Shown: piece after piece, positions 35,730 through 46,090 of the stretch | Numbering within the stretch: position 1 is the first letter of the stretch | Layout: the number at the start of each line of letters is the position of its first letter | From: Deltaproteobacteria bacterium | GTDB taxonomy: Bacteria; Desulfobacterota; Binatia; UBA9968 | Length of the DNA stretch: 64,000 nucleotides | Direction of reading: 5' to 3' | Assembly: GCA_016193465.1 (NCBI GenBank) | Contig: JACPSE010000052.1 | Span: forward strand, 6,450 to 70,449 | Translations under genes and position numbers: made by a program | The notes under the pieces: generated by a model | The model's database searches: none | What the model saw: only the letters and a program-made list of their open reading frames with translations | What the model was told of the DNA's origin: nothing

Positions 35730-37568
35730 TTGAACCAGGTGTCTAAAAATCTTGCCCTTTGGTTGGTTTTGGGGCTCATCTTCCTGTTGCTGTTCAACAT
35801 TTTCAGCAAGCAGCACGGGAGGGAACCGGAGATCATATTCAGTGACTTCTTGGGAGCGGTAGAAAAGGGCACGGTTGTGGAGGTGACGATCCAGGGGCAT
35901 AACATCCAGGGGAAGTATCAAAACGGAGAGCGCTTCAGGACCTTTGCCCCCAATGACCCGGAACTGGTCAAGACGCTGCGCCAAAAGAACGTTAAGATTG
36001 CCGCCAAGCCTGAGGAAGAATCGCCGTGGTATATGGTGCTCTTCGTGAACTGGTTTCCCATGTTGCTTCTGATCGGTGTGTGGATCTTTTTCATGCGGCA
36101 AATGCAGGTGGGCGGCGGAAAGGCGATGTCTTTTGGCAAGAGCCGAGCGAAACTGCTGACCGAGAATCAGCACAAAGTGACCTTCAACGACGTGGCCGGC
36201 GTGGAGGAGGCGAAGGATGAGCTGCAGGAGATTATCGCTTTTTTAAAAGACCCAAAGAAGTTTACGAGACTAGGCGGGAGGATTCCCAAAGGCTGCCTTC
36301 TCGTTGGGCCTCCGGGCACGGGCAAAACCCTTTTAGCGCGCGCCATTGCAGGTGAGGCCGGGGTTCCGTTTTTCAGCATCAGCGGCTCGGACTTCGTGGA
36401 GATGTTTGTCGGCGTCGGCGCCTCGAGGGTGAGAGATCTTTTTGTCCAGGGGAAAAAGAATGCCCCGTGTATCGTTTTTATTGACGAGATCGACGCGGTG
36501 GGACGTCACCGAGGGGCGGGTCTCGGCGGCGGCCATGATGAACGGGAGCAAACCCTGAATCAGCTCTTGGTCGAGATGGATGGTTTTGAGGCCAACGAGG
36601 GAGTGATTCTGATTGCCGCCACCAACCGCCCTGATGTCCTGGACCCGGCGCTGCTTCGTCCGGGACGCTTCGATCGCAGGGTCGTGGTGCACCGCCCCGA
36701 TGTAAAGGGGAGGGAAGGGATTTTGTCGGTGCATACCCGTAAGGTTCCCTTGGCCTCGGATGTCGACATCAGCGTTTTAGCCAGGGGAACTCCGGGCTTT
36801 GCCGGGGCGGATCTGGAAAATCTGGTCAACGAGGCGGCGCTTTTGGCGGCACGCGGCAATAAAGAAAAGGTGGATATGCACGACTTCGAGTTGGCCAAGG
36901 ACAAGGTGATGATGGGCTCCGAGCGTAAGAGCATGATCATCAGCGAAGAGGAGAAGCGCAATACCGCCTACCATGAGGCCGGACATGCCCTGGTTGCCAA
37001 GCTTCTCCCTGGCACCGACCCGATCCATAAAGTTACAATCATTCCGCGGGGGATGGCGTTAGGGCTCACCCAGCAGTTACCGATTGACGAAAAGCATACC
37101 TATCCGAGAGAGTATCTCCTCGACAATCTGGCGATTCTCTTCGGCGGGCGTGTGGCGGAGGAATTGGTCCTGAACCATATGACGACTGGAGCGGGCAACG
37201 ATATCGAAAAGGCCACCGAGCTTGCCCACCGGATGGTTTGTGAGTGGGGGATGAGTGAAAAGTTAGGGCCTATGACCTTTGGCAAGAAAGAGGAAGAGAT
37301 CTTTCTCGGAAGAGATTTTACCCAACAGCAGGACTATTCTCAGAGCACTGCTGTTGAGATTGATAACGAGGTCCGACGCATTATCCTAGAGTCCTATCAG
37401 CGGGCCAAAGATATCCTCAGCAACAATCTCCATCTCCTTCATAAGATAGCGGAAAAACTTCTCGAGAAGGAGGTCTTGGATGGTTCGGAGATTGATGCCT
37501 TGGTGCAGGAGTTTGGCGGCAACGGCGAGGATCCACTCTCTCCTATAGCCGTCACGGCTCAGGTGTGA
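35730..37568 (+). CDS. ftsH: ATP-dependent zinc metalloprotease FtsH
   Basis: Two N-terminal TM helices, Walker [17 protein letters not shown] zinc motif. Confidence 0.95.
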   Translation: MNQVSKNLALWLVLGLIFLLLFNIFSKQHGREPEIIFSDFLGAVEKGTVVEVTIQGHNIQGKYQNGERFRTFAPNDPELVKTLRQKNVKIAAKPEEESPWYMVLFVNWFPMLLLIGVWIFFMRQMQVGGGKAMSFGKSRAKLLTENQHKVTFNDVAGVEEAKDELQEIIAFLKDPKKFTRLGGRIPKGCLLVGPPGTGKTLLARAIAGEAGVPFFSISGSDFVEMFVGVGASRVRDLFVQGKKNAPCIVFIDEIDAVGRHRGAGLGGGHDEREQTLNQLLVEMDGFEANEGVILIAATNRPDVLDPALLRPGRFDRRVVVHRPDVKGREGILSVHTRKVPLASDVDISVLARGTPGFAGADLENLVNEAALLAARGNKEKVDMHDFELAKDKVMMGSERKSMIISEEEKRNTAYHEAGHALVAKLLPGTDPIHKVTIIPRGMALGLTQQLPIDEKHTYPREYLLDNLAILFGGRVAEELVLNHMTTGAGNDIEKATELAHRMVCEWGMSEKLGPMTFGKKEEEIFLGRDFTQQQDYSQSTAVEIDNEVRRIILESYQRAKDILSNNLHLLHKIAEKLLEKEVLDGSEIDALVQEFGGNGEDPLSPIAVTAQV

Positions 37569-37830
37569 TTGAACCTTCCGAAGGATCTGCCAGCCCTCCA
37601 AATTTTCATCCTTCAACTCAAGCATCAATCGTAGGTACGGTGAGGGCAACGGTCCTCGCGGGGAGCAACCAGTCGCCAGAGGGCAAAAGGCAGCAGGCAG
37701 CAGCGAAAAAGTCCTGTTGCCCTGAGCCTGGCGCGTCAGGATGGACAAGTTGGAACGACCTATGAATGGTTCAGGCTCTGCCGTTTCCCGGAAGGAGTGG
37801 ATCCTGTCAACGCGTCACGGAGAGATTGAC

Positions 37831-38661
37831 ATGGCTCGGCGCACTGCCCTTATGGGGATCGTGAATGTCACCCCGGACTCCTTTTCAGACGGTGGAAAGT
37901 ATTTCGACGTAGAGAAAGCGATCTCCCACGGGCTGGATTTGGCCGAGCAAGGGGCGGATATCATTGATGTCGGGGGAGAGTCCAGCCGGCCCGGGGCACG
38001 GCCCGTCTCCGCCCGAGAAGAGATGGAGCGGGTGCTTCCGGTAATGCGCGGATTGCGTCGAAAGCTCTCAATTCCTATTTCCGTTGATACCTACAAGGCG
38101 GAGGTTGCCAGGGCGGCCATAGATGAGGGCGCGGATGTGGTGAATGATATCAGCGCCTTGAGGTTTGATGGCGCTATGGCTTTGCTGGTAGCGGCGGAAA
38201 AAGTGCCTGTGGTGTTGATGCATATGCAGGGGGAGCCTCAGACCATGCAGCAGAAGCCTCACTATCACGATGTGGTGCAGGAGGTGAAGGAGTTTCTGGC
38301 GAGTCGGATTGTTTTTGCCCTGGAGGCCGGCGTGGAACCGGACCGGATCATTGTTGATCCTGGAATCGGCTTTGGCAAAGAGCTGGAGCACAACCTGGCG
38401 CTTGTGCGAGGACTGCCGGCTCTCGCCTCGTTGGGCCAGCCGATTCTATTGGGGCCCTCGCGTAAAACCTTTATCGGCGAGATTCTCGATGTCGGCCCGG
38501 AAGAGCGATTGGAAGGAAGCCTCGCTGCCTCAGTGGTGGCGGTGCTGGCTGGCGCCAACATGATCCGAACCCACGACGTTAAGGAGTCCCACAGGGCTGT
38601 CCGGGTTGCCGATGCGCTCCGTTTCGGAGGCGCGCCGGCGCGGGAGGCGAAAGGTGTTTGA
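37831..38661 (+). CDS. folP: Dihydropteroate synthase
   Basis: LMGIVNVTPDSFSDGG signature; start at MARRTAL chosen (track ORF begins 37741). Confidence 0.85.
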   Translation: MARRTALMGIVNVTPDSFSDGGKYFDVEKAISHGLDLAEQGADIIDVGGESSRPGARPVSAREEMERVLPVMRGLRRKLSIPISVDTYKAEVARAAIDEGADVVNDISALRFDGAMALLVAAEKVPVVLMHMQGEPQTMQQKPHYHDVVQEVKEFLASRIVFALEAGVEPDRIIVDPGIGFGKELEHNLALVRGLPALASLGQPILLGPSRKTFIGEILDVGPEERLEGSLAASVVAVLAGANMIRTHDVKESHRAVRVADALRFGGAPAREAKGV

Positions 38662-39406
38662 GATCTTTACCCAGCTCCGTTGGCAGGATGCCCTGGACAT
38701 CGGCATTATTGCCTTCGTGATCTATCGGCTGATCCACATGATCCGGGGAACTCGGGCGATGCAGATGATCATCGGGTTGGTGGTGGTTCTCTTGGCCTAT
38801 GTTTCCTCGCAGATGCTGGGGCTTTTTACACTCAACTGGGTGCTTGATAATTTTTTGGGCTCCATCATTCTCGTCATCATCGTGATCTTTCAGAGCGATA
38901 TCCGGCGCGCCCTGACTCAGGTGGGAACCACGCCTCGCTTCGGCGGCTTGGACCGCATTGACCACAGGCAGGTATTGGACGAGATCACCAAGGCGGTTGT
39001 TGGCCTGGCGGGCAAGAGAATCGGCGCCTTGATCGTGCTGGAACGAGATGTGGGGCTGAATGAGTATATTGAGGTAGGAACCCGTTTGGACGCGCGTGTC
39101 AGCAAGGAACTCCTGGAAAGCGTCTTTATCCACCACTCCCCTATGCATGACGGGGCGCTGGTGATACAGAAAGGGAGGGCCACCGCGGCGAGATGTTTTC
39201 TGCCTCTGGGTGTCGACCCGAATTTAAGCAAAGCCCTTGGGACGCGGCACCGAGCAGCCATCGGCTTGACGGAGGAGACCGACGCGGTAGCGATTGTAAT
39301 CTCAGAGGAGCTGGGAAAGGTCTCGCTCGTCGTGGAGGGAAAAGTGACTCAGGATCTGGATGGCTCCCAGCTTCGCAGCTCTCTTCAGGGACTTTTTGGT
39401 TCATGA
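38655..39406 (+). CDS. cdaA: Diadenylate cyclase CdaA (DAC domain, membrane-anchored)
   Basis: N-terminal TM helices (ILDIGIIAFVIYRL, IIGLVVVLLAY); DAC motifs HHSPMHDGALVI...RHRAAIGLTEETDAVAIVISEE; probable GTG start overlapping folP stop. Confidence 0.85.
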
Positions 39407-40341
39407 GACGCGTTTGGGAAAGATTGATCTCTTTGGCGAGCAGTGATCTGGGACTCAAACTCTTTTCGCTGTTTTTTGCCCTGGGGCTCTGGTTATTCGT
39501 AAATGCGGGGCAAAAGGCCGCGGAAAAAGCTGTTGAGGTCCCCCTGGAGTTTCGCAATATCCCTTCAGAGCTGATGGTTGCCAATCCTGGTGTAGGCCAG
39601 GTTGAGGTGCGGGTGATGGGACCTCCAGCGCTCCTCGCCACTTTGGAGCCGGACAATCTAAAGGTAATGCTTGACCTGGATGGGGCGCGCCCGGGGACGT
39701 CGACTTTCCGTCTCAGCAGTGATTTTTTTAACCCTCCTCGGGGAGTGCGGGTCACGCGCATCAGCCCATCGGTGATTAATGTCAAGCTCGATTCGGTCAC
39801 AGTGCGTTCTCTTCCGGTCGCGGTTCGCTTTGGTACGAAGCCGCCATTTGGATATAAAATTGCCCGCGTGGAGGCTAACCCGGAGAGCATCAAGGTACGG
39901 GGCCCGGCAGGCGAGGTGAATCGAATGGTCGCCGTGGAGACCGTGCCGGTCGATCTTGAAGGCAGCCGGGGACAGGTGACGCGGGAGGTGCGTCTCAGCT
40001 CATCAGAACAGCTCCTCTCATTTTCTCCCGACCGGGTGACTGTTTCGGTGTCGCTGGAAGAAGAATGGATGACGAGAGAGTTTGGTCGTGTTGAGGTAAA
40101 GGCCAGGAATTTCGTAGGGGGCTACAGCGTGAAGCCGCAGCGAGTCTATCTCCGCCTGTCAGGTCCCAGGCGTATTCTCAGCCAGCTTCAACTGGGGACA
40201 GAGGAGGTCTATCTGGATCTCAAAGGACTTGGACCGGGCAGCCACACGCTTGCCTTGAATCTGAAACTACCTGCTGAAGTCAAAGTGTTGGAGCAAAGAC
40301 CGGAGCGCTTCAATGTCAGGATTCCCCGCCCGGGGGTGTAA
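39403..40341 (+). CDS. cdaR: CdaA regulator CdaR (YbbR-like domain protein)
   Basis: ATGA overlap with cdaA; N-terminal TM helix; repeated YbbR-like beta-rich segments; conserved cdaA-cdaR-glmM order. Confidence 0.7.
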   Translation: MRRVWERLISLASSDLGLKLFSLFFALGLWLFVNAGQKAAEKAVEVPLEFRNIPSELMVANPGVGQVEVRVMGPPALLATLEPDNLKVMLDLDGARPGTSTFRLSSDFFNPPRGVRVTRISPSVINVKLDSVTVRSLPVAVRFGTKPPFGYKIARVEANPESIKVRGPAGEVNRMVAVETVPVDLEGSRGQVTREVRLSSSEQLLSFSPDRVTVSVSLEEEWMTREFGRVEVKARNFVGGYSVKPQRVYLRLSGPRRILSQLQLGTEEVYLDLKGLGPGSHTLALNLKLPAEVKVLEQRPERFNVRIPRPGV

Positions 40342-40363
40342 ATCGGCGGAGGACTCAATCTAG

Positions 40364-41821
40364 ATGGCAACGGCACCGACGCAAAAGAAAAACCGCAAAA
40401 GACAGCTATTCGGCACTGACGGAATCCGAGGCGTTGCAAACCTGGAGCCCATGACTTCTGAAATGGCGTTGAAGCTCGGGCGCGCCATAGCCAATGTCCT
40501 TCATGAGCCTATCCTCAATTCCGCCAACAGGTCGGGCACAAGGCGGGCTTCCTCGTCCGGGCTCGCTGAAGGCCAGGCCAGGCACCGCTACAAGATCCTC
40601 ATCGGCAAGGACACGCGGCTTTCAGGCTATATGCTCGAGACGGCCCTTGCCTCGGGGATCTGCTCGAGTGGGGTAGATGTCCTGCTGGTTGGTCCTCTGC
40701 CCACTCCTGGCGTGGCGTTCCTGACCCGGAGCATGAGGGCCGATGCCGGCGTGGTGATATCCGCTTCGCACAATCCATTTCAGGATAACGGGATAAAGTT
40801 CTTTTCCGCGGATGGGTTCAAGCTTCCTGATGCAGCCGAGGCGCGGATGGAGGAGATGATTTCAAAGGGTGAGACGGAGCTGCACAGACCGACTGCCACC
40901 GAGATCGGCAAGGCGTTCCGTATCTCCGATGCCGTGGGGAGGTACATCGTTTTTCTCAAGAACACCTTCCCGCGCCATCTCAGTTTGGAGGGATTGAGAA
41001 TCGTGGTTGATTGCGGCCACGGCGCGGCCTACCGGGTGGCGCCTGAGGTGTTGTCTGAATTAGGGGCGGAGGTAATCCCCATCGGGGTTCATCCAGACGG
41101 GGAAAATATCAACCGGGATTGCGGCTCGCTTCATCCTGAAGCGGCGCGGCAGGCTTTGCTGGAGCATCATGCGGATCTCGCCGTCTCCTTGGATGGGGAT
41201 GGGGACCGGGCGATCTTCATCGACGAGAAGGGCGAGGTCTTAGATGGGGACTATGTCCTAGCCGTGTGCGCGAGGGAGATGCAGGAAAAAGGCAGCCTCA
41301 AGGGAGAAGCTGTAGTGGCCACCGTGATGAGCAACCTGGGGTTGGATCTCGCTCTTCAGGGCATGGGGCTCAAGGTTGTCCGAACCGCCGTAGGAGATCG
41401 TTATGTGGCCGAGGAAATGATACGCGGAGGGTACAACCTGGGCGGCGAGCAGTCGGGCCACCTCATTTTTTTGGACCACAATACGGCCGGGGATGGCTGT
41501 CTCACCTGTCTGCAACTCCTTGCGGTCATGGTGGAGAAGGGGCGCCGGATTAGCGAGTTAAAGAAGGTGATGACCAGGCTGCCGCAGGTTCTCCTCAACG
41601 TCGGAATAAAGGAGAAAAAAGATATTTCTCGGTTGCCTCGCGTGCGGCGGAAAATCGCCGCAGTGGAGAAAGAGCTGGGCGAACGCGGAAGGATCTTGGT
41701 GCGCTATTCCGGTACTGAGCCTCTAGCGCGGGTCATGTTGGAGGGGGAAGACGAGGAGAGAATCCGCCGAATGGCCCACGAGATCGCGGACGAGATACGC
41801 AGCGAAGTGGGGAGCGAATAA
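40364..41821 (+). CDS. glmM: Phosphoglucosamine mutase
   Basis: [12 protein letters not shown], active-site Ser loop SASHNP, GEQSGH; contains unusual ~28-aa Ser/Arg-rich insertion near N-terminus. Confidence 0.9.
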   Translation: MATAPTQKKNRKRQLFGTDGIRGVANLEPMTSEMALKLGRAIANVLHEPILNSANRSGTRRASSSGLAEGQARHRYKILIGKDTRLSGYMLETALASGICSSGVDVLLVGPLPTPGVAFLTRSMRADAGVVISASHNPFQDNGIKFFSADGFKLPDAAEARMEEMISKGETELHRPTATEIGKAFRISDAVGRYIVFLKNTFPRHLSLEGLRIVVDCGHGAAYRVAPEVLSELGAEVIPIGVHPDGENINRDCGSLHPEAARQALLEHHADLAVSLDGDGDRAIFIDEKGEVLDGDYVLAVCAREMQEKGSLKGEAVVATVMSNLGLDLALQGMGLKVVRTAVGDRYVAEEMIRGGYNLGGEQSGHLIFLDHNTAGDGCLTCLQLLAVMVEKGRRISELKKVMTRLPQVLLNVGIKEKKDISRLPRVRRKIAAVEKELGERGRILVRYSGTEPLARVMLEGEDEERIRRMAHEIADEIRSEVGSE

Positions 41822-41893
41822 CAGTTCAAAACGTTCAAGCTGTTCAAGCCGTTTAACGATTTGAGCGATTTGAACTATTTGAACGACTTAAAC
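41822..41893 (+). repeat. Imperfect hairpin element built from GTTCAA / TTTGAAC words (copy 1, upstream of pdxJ)
   Basis: cgttcaagctgttcaagccgtttaacgatttgagcgatttgaactatttgaacgacttaaacc; direct repeat of 42621-42703. Confidence 0.6.
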
Positions 41894-41894
41894 C

Positions 41895-42620
41895 ATGTTG
41901 CGATTGGGCGTGAATGTCGATCATGTGGCCACCGTGCGGCAGGCGAGGAGAATTGATATCCCTGATCCGGTGGAAGCCGCGCTGCTTGCGGAAAAAGGTG
42001 GGGCAGACGGGATCACCATCCACCTGCGCGAGGACCGCCGCCATATTCAGGAGCGGGACGTGGAGCTTTTACGCGAGAGGGTAAGGAGCAAAGTAAATTT
42101 GGAAATGGCGGTTACCCCTGAGATGGTGCGTCTGGCCGGGAGGTTTCGCCCTGACGATGCTTGTTTCGTGCCGGAGCGGCGCGAGGAGCTGACCACTGAA
42201 GGCGGGCTTGATGTGATCGCTCATAAGGATAAGATCCGGGAGGCGGTCAAGCAGCTCCAAAACCGGGGCATCCGGGTAAATCTCTTCATCGACCCAGAAA
42301 GGGACCAGATCGAAATGAGCCGGGAAGTTGGCGCTCACGGTGTGGAGCTACATACCGGATGCTATTGCAACGCCTTGGCGAACCAGGCCGAGGAGTTGGA
42401 AAAAGTGGCCTCCGCAGCTTCACTCGCCCAGCGTCTAGGGCTGGAGGTGCATGGCGGCCATGGCCTGAATTGTGAAAACGTTCTCCCGATCGCGCGTCTC
42501 CCTGAGATGGTCGAGCTTAATATCGGCCACAGTATTGTCGCTCGGGCCATTATGGTTGGGATGGAGCAATCAGTTAGAGAGATGAAAGCTCTATTAACAA
42601 AAGCGAGGCAAGGAAAATAG
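41895..42620 (+). CDS. pdxJ: Pyridoxine 5'-phosphate synthase
   Basis: [20 protein letters not shown]-terminus; PdxJ-length TIM barrel. Confidence 0.9.
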   Translation: MLRLGVNVDHVATVRQARRIDIPDPVEAALLAEKGGADGITIHLREDRRHIQERDVELLRERVRSKVNLEMAVTPEMVRLAGRFRPDDACFVPERREELTTEGGLDVIAHKDKIREAVKQLQNRGIRVNLFIDPERDQIEMSREVGAHGVELHTGCYCNALANQAEELEKVASAASLAQRLGLEVHGGHGLNCENVLPIARLPEMVELNIGHSIVARAIMVGMEQSVREMKALLTKARQGK

Positions 42621-42703
42621 CGTTCAAGTCGTTCAAGCTGTTTAAGCCGTTTAAGTAGTTGGACGATTTGAACGGATTGAACGTTTTAAACGTTTTGAAC
42701 TTA
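42621..42703 (+). repeat. Imperfect hairpin element GTTCAAG/TTTGAAC words (copy 2, downstream of pdxJ)
   Basis: cgttcaagtcgttcaagctgtttaagccgtttaagtagttggacgatttgaacggattgaacgttttaaacgttttgaac. Confidence 0.6.
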
Positions 42704-44259
42704 TGTTTGTTGTTAGTGCTGAGGAGATGCGCGAGCTGGATCGGCTGACGATCCAGAAGTATGGCGTTCCCAGTCTGACCTTGATGGAGCGCGCGGGCGA
42801 AGGGGTTGCAAGGGCAATACTGGAGCGTTTCGGCCGGGCCGCGAAAAAAGGGGCGCTCATTGTTGCCGGTAAGGGTAACAATGGCGGCGATGGCCTGGTC
42901 GTAGCGCGCCACCTCAAAAAAAAAGGGATACCTTGCGAGGTCGTCCTTCTCGCCCGAAAAGAAGGGCTCTCCCGCGACGCGGCAGAGAAGCTGCGGGCTT
43001 GTCTCAAGGCCAAAGGGCGGCTCTTTGAAGCCACTGAATCTCTCTCAATCCTCAGTGAGAGGTTGCAAGGGAAGGGGCTCTTGGTTGACGCGATCTTGGG
43101 AACCGGTCTCAACGAAGAGGTGCGCGGGGTTTACGCCGAGGCCATTACGCTTATGAATGCCTCGGGTATTCCCATCGTGGCTGTAGATCTCCCGTCCGGA
43201 TTGGACACCGATCGAGGAAGGCCGCTCGGTGCCGCGATCAGGGCGGAGATGACGGTTACTTTTGGTTTCCCCAAAGTAGGACAGGTGACTCATCCCGGAC
43301 TTTCGCATGTAGGGGAACTGGTCGTGGCGGAGATTGGTATCCATCCGAAGGCGGTGGAAGAGGTGCAGCCAAGGACGGAATTGCTTGAGCCAGAGGATAT
43401 TCGCTGGCTTGTTCCCTCAAGAGAGCCGGATACGCATAAGGGGACGTACGGTCATCTGCTGGTGATGGCGGGCTCCCGGGGTAAGACCGGGGCGGCAATC
43501 CTCGCGTGTCGGGCGGCCACGCGCGTGGGGTCAGGGCTTGTGACTTTGGCGGCGCCTCGCTCTCTTAATGATGTCTTCGCCAGCGCGCTGGTGGAGGTCA
43601 TGACCGAGCCTCTGAAAGACAACGCCGACGAAGAAATCGAGCCGCTGAGCGATCGGGACTGGCGCCGTCTGTTGGAGAAAAAGAGCGCCTTTCTCTTTGG
43701 TCCTGGAATCGGGGTGAAGGATTCGGCGCGCGGCGCGCTGGAATGGCTGCTCAGGAATCTTGAGCTTCCCTGGGTCATCGATGCTGATGGCCTCAATATT
43801 CTGGCGGGAGAGGTGGAGAGACTGCGCAATGCCAAAACTCCACCGGTGCTCACGCCCCATCCCGGCGAGATGGCGCGGCTTTTGGGAACGGATAACGCGG
43901 CCGTCAATGGGGATCGGATCGGCGTGGCGCGCTCTTTTGCCCGCGATCATCGCTGCTGCGTGGTGCTTAAGGGGGCGCGGAGCGTGATCGCTACTCCGGA
44001 TGGGCGGGTATTCATCAATCCGACTGGGAATCCGGGGATGGCGAGTGGGGGCATGGGGGATGTCCTTTCGGGGATTTTGGCGGGCTTCCTGGCCCAGGGC
44101 CTCGGGATTGAGGACGCGCTCAAACTTGGGGTCTATCTCCACGGGGTTGTGGGTGACCAGGTGGCCGCGAAAAAGGGCGAGGTGGGACTCATAGCGTCGG
44201 ATATTATAGAGGAGCTTCCGCGAGGGATGCGGGAGCTGTCTGAAGGCAGTAGGCAGTAG
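42703..44259 (+). CDS. nnr: Bifunctional NAD(P)H-hydrate repair enzyme (epimerase + ADP-dependent dehydratase)
   Basis: YjeF-N (AGKGNNGGDGLV) and YjeF-C/carbohydrate-kinase domains (GPGIG..., GDVLSG). Confidence 0.85.
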   Translation: MFVVSAEEMRELDRLTIQKYGVPSLTLMERAGEGVARAILERFGRAAKKGALIVAGKGNNGGDGLVVARHLKKKGIPCEVVLLARKEGLSRDAAEKLRACLKAKGRLFEATESLSILSERLQGKGLLVDAILGTGLNEEVRGVYAEAITLMNASGIPIVAVDLPSGLDTDRGRPLGAAIRAEMTVTFGFPKVGQVTHPGLSHVGELVVAEIGIHPKAVEEVQPRTELLEPEDIRWLVPSREPDTHKGTYGHLLVMAGSRGKTGAAILACRAATRVGSGLVTLAAPRSLNDVFASALVEVMTEPLKDNADEEIEPLSDRDWRRLLEKKSAFLFGPGIGVKDSARGALEWLLRNLELPWVIDADGLNILAGEVERLRNAKTPPVLTPHPGEMARLLGTDNAAVNGDRIGVARSFARDHRCCVVLKGARSVIATPDGRVFINPTGNPGMASGGMGDVLSGILAGFLAQGLGIEDALKLGVYLHGVVGDQVAAKKGEVGLIASDIIEELPRGMRELSEGSRQ

Positions 44260-44347
44260 GCAACAGGAAAAAGAAAGGCATGAGGCAACAGGCGAGAGGC
44301 AACAGGAAGAATGCCCGCTCACGCCTCACGCCTCACGCCTCACGCCC
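44243..44347 (+). repeat. Intergenic low-complexity repeat: (GGCAGTAGG/GGCAACAGG)n ... (CTCACGCCT)4 (member of GGCAAYAGGCG family)
   Basis: Read directly; overlaps nnr stop and spurious N-terminal extension of tsaE ORF. Confidence 0.7.
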
Positions 44348-44351
44348 TTTG

Positions 44352-44846
44352 AGCGTCGTTACGCGTTCTGCGGCACAGACCCGAAGGTGGGGCAGAAAGT
44401 TGGGGAGACTTCTTAAGGGTGGCGGAATCGTCGGGCTCAGCGGGGAGTTGGGGAGCGGCAAGACCTGTTTTGTGCGTGGGATGGCGGGGGGGTTGGAAGT
44501 CGGCAAAGAGGCATGGATTCGGAGCCCCAGTTTTACGCTGATCAACGAGTACCACGGGCGGCTGCCTTTTTATCATATCGACCTTTACCGGGTCGAGGAT
44601 CGGCGGGCGTTGGAGGAGCTGAATCTTCGTGACTATCTTTTCTCCGACGGAGTGAGCGTCATCGAATGGTTCGAGCATCTTCCGGCAGGCGAAGTCGAGG
44701 AATACCTACATGTGGCTTTTGCTCACGCGAATGGTAACAGGCGAACACTGACCTTCACGCCGTATGGAGAACACTACGAAGAGATAATAAAACAGCTAGG
44801 AGACTTTCAGCGGTCAGCATTCAGCTTGAACCGGAAAGCTGAGTAG
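44352..44846 (+). CDS. tsaE: tRNA threonylcarbamoyladenosine biosynthesis ATPase TsaE
   Basis: P-loop GLSGELGSGKT ~29 aa after candidate TTG start; track ORF start 44280 would translate the upstream repeat. Confidence 0.75.
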   Translation, partial: SVVTRSAAQTRRWGRKLGRLLKGGGIVGLSGELGSGKTCFVRGMAGGLEVGKEAWIRSPSFTLINEYHGRLPFYHIDLYRVEDRRALEELNLRDYLFSDGVSVIEWFEHLPAGEVEEYLHVAFAHANGNRRTLTFTPYGEHYEEIIKQLGDFQRSAFSLNRKAE

Positions 44847-44866
44847 CTGATAGCTGATTGCTAAAA

Positions 44867-46090
44867 ATGGCGTTGATTGTGCAGAAATACGGCGGGACCT
44901 CCGTTGGAAGCGTGGAGCGGATAAAGCACGTTGCCAGAAAGGTCCTTGACGCAAAGCAGCAAGGAAGCGACGTGGTTGTGGTCGTCTCGGCGATGGCCGG
45001 AGAAACCAACAGGCTCGTGGATCTCGCGCAGCAGGTCGCTGAGTTTCCGGACGAGCGGGAACGCGATGTCCTGTTAGCTTCAGGGGAACAGGTCTCATCG
45101 GCCCTGCTTTCCCTGGCCATAAGAGATTTGGGACACCCGGCGCGCTCCTTTTTGGCGCATCAGGTTCGGATTGAGACCGATAAAGCCTACGGCAAGGCGC
45201 GGATTAAAAGCATCGACTCAACTCGGATCAAGCGGGCGCTGAAGGACGGAGAGATCGTGGTCGTAGCGGGGTTCCAAGGCGTGGACGAAGAGGACAACAT
45301 CACCACATTGGGGCGCGGAGGATCGGACACCAGCGCCGTGGCCATGGCGGCCGCGCTGCAAGCGAAGGTGTGCGAGGTCTATACGGATGTCGAAGGGGTA
45401 TTTACCACGGACCCGGCTGTTTGCCCAAGCGCGAAGAAATTGGATCGTATTTCGTTTGAAGAGATGATCGAGATGGCAAGCACGGGCGCGAAAGTGCTTC
45501 AGATCCGTTCCGTAGAGCTTGCCATGAAATTCACTGTGCCCGTCCATGTCCGCTCCAGCTTTATGGAGGCTGAAGGGACATGGGTGGTAGAGGAGGATGA
45601 AAGTATGGATGCAGTTCTAGTTTCCGGCGTGACCTACGACAAAAATGAGGCTAAGATCACCCTCTTGAAAGTGCCTGATCGTCCGGGGCTGGCGGCCCAG
45701 ATCTTTTCTCCGATTGCCGAGGCGAATATTGTGGTTGATATGATCATCCAAAATGCCAGCGAGGACGGCACTACAGATTTGACTTTTACTGTTCCTACGG
45801 CGGATCATAAAAGAGCGCTTTCTCTTGTCGAAAAGACGGCATCCGTCATCCGGGCGCGGGGGGTGAGGGTAGATCCCAATATTGCGAAGGTTTCCATCGT
45901 CGGGGTCGGAATGCGCACCCATGCGGGGGTGGCCGCGAGAATGTTTCAGATTCTATCGCGGGAGGGGATTAACATTGAGATGATCTCGACATCTGAAATT
46001 AAGATTTCCGTGGTCATCAATGAGAAACATACGGAGCAGGCGGTTCGGGCGCTGCACAAGGCGTTTATCGAGCAGCAGGGGAATTTATGA
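44867..46090 (+). CDS. lysC: Aspartate kinase
   Basis: [16 protein letters not shown]-terminus, two C-terminal ACT domains; ATG 44867 preferred over TTG 44858. Confidence 0.9.
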   Translation: MALIVQKYGGTSVGSVERIKHVARKVLDAKQQGSDVVVVVSAMAGETNRLVDLAQQVAEFPDERERDVLLASGEQVSSALLSLAIRDLGHPARSFLAHQVRIETDKAYGKARIKSIDSTRIKRALKDGEIVVVAGFQGVDEEDNITTLGRGGSDTSAVAMAAALQAKVCEVYTDVEGVFTTDPAVCPSAKKLDRISFEEMIEMASTGAKVLQIRSVELAMKFTVPVHVRSSFMEAEGTWVVEEDESMDAVLVSGVTYDKNEAKITLLKVPDRPGLAAQIFSPIAEANIVVDMIIQNASEDGTTDLTFTVPTADHKRALSLVEKTASVIRARGVRVDPNIAKVSIVGVGMRTHAGVAARMFQILSREGINIEMISTSEIKISVVINEKHTEQAVRALHKAFIEQQGNL

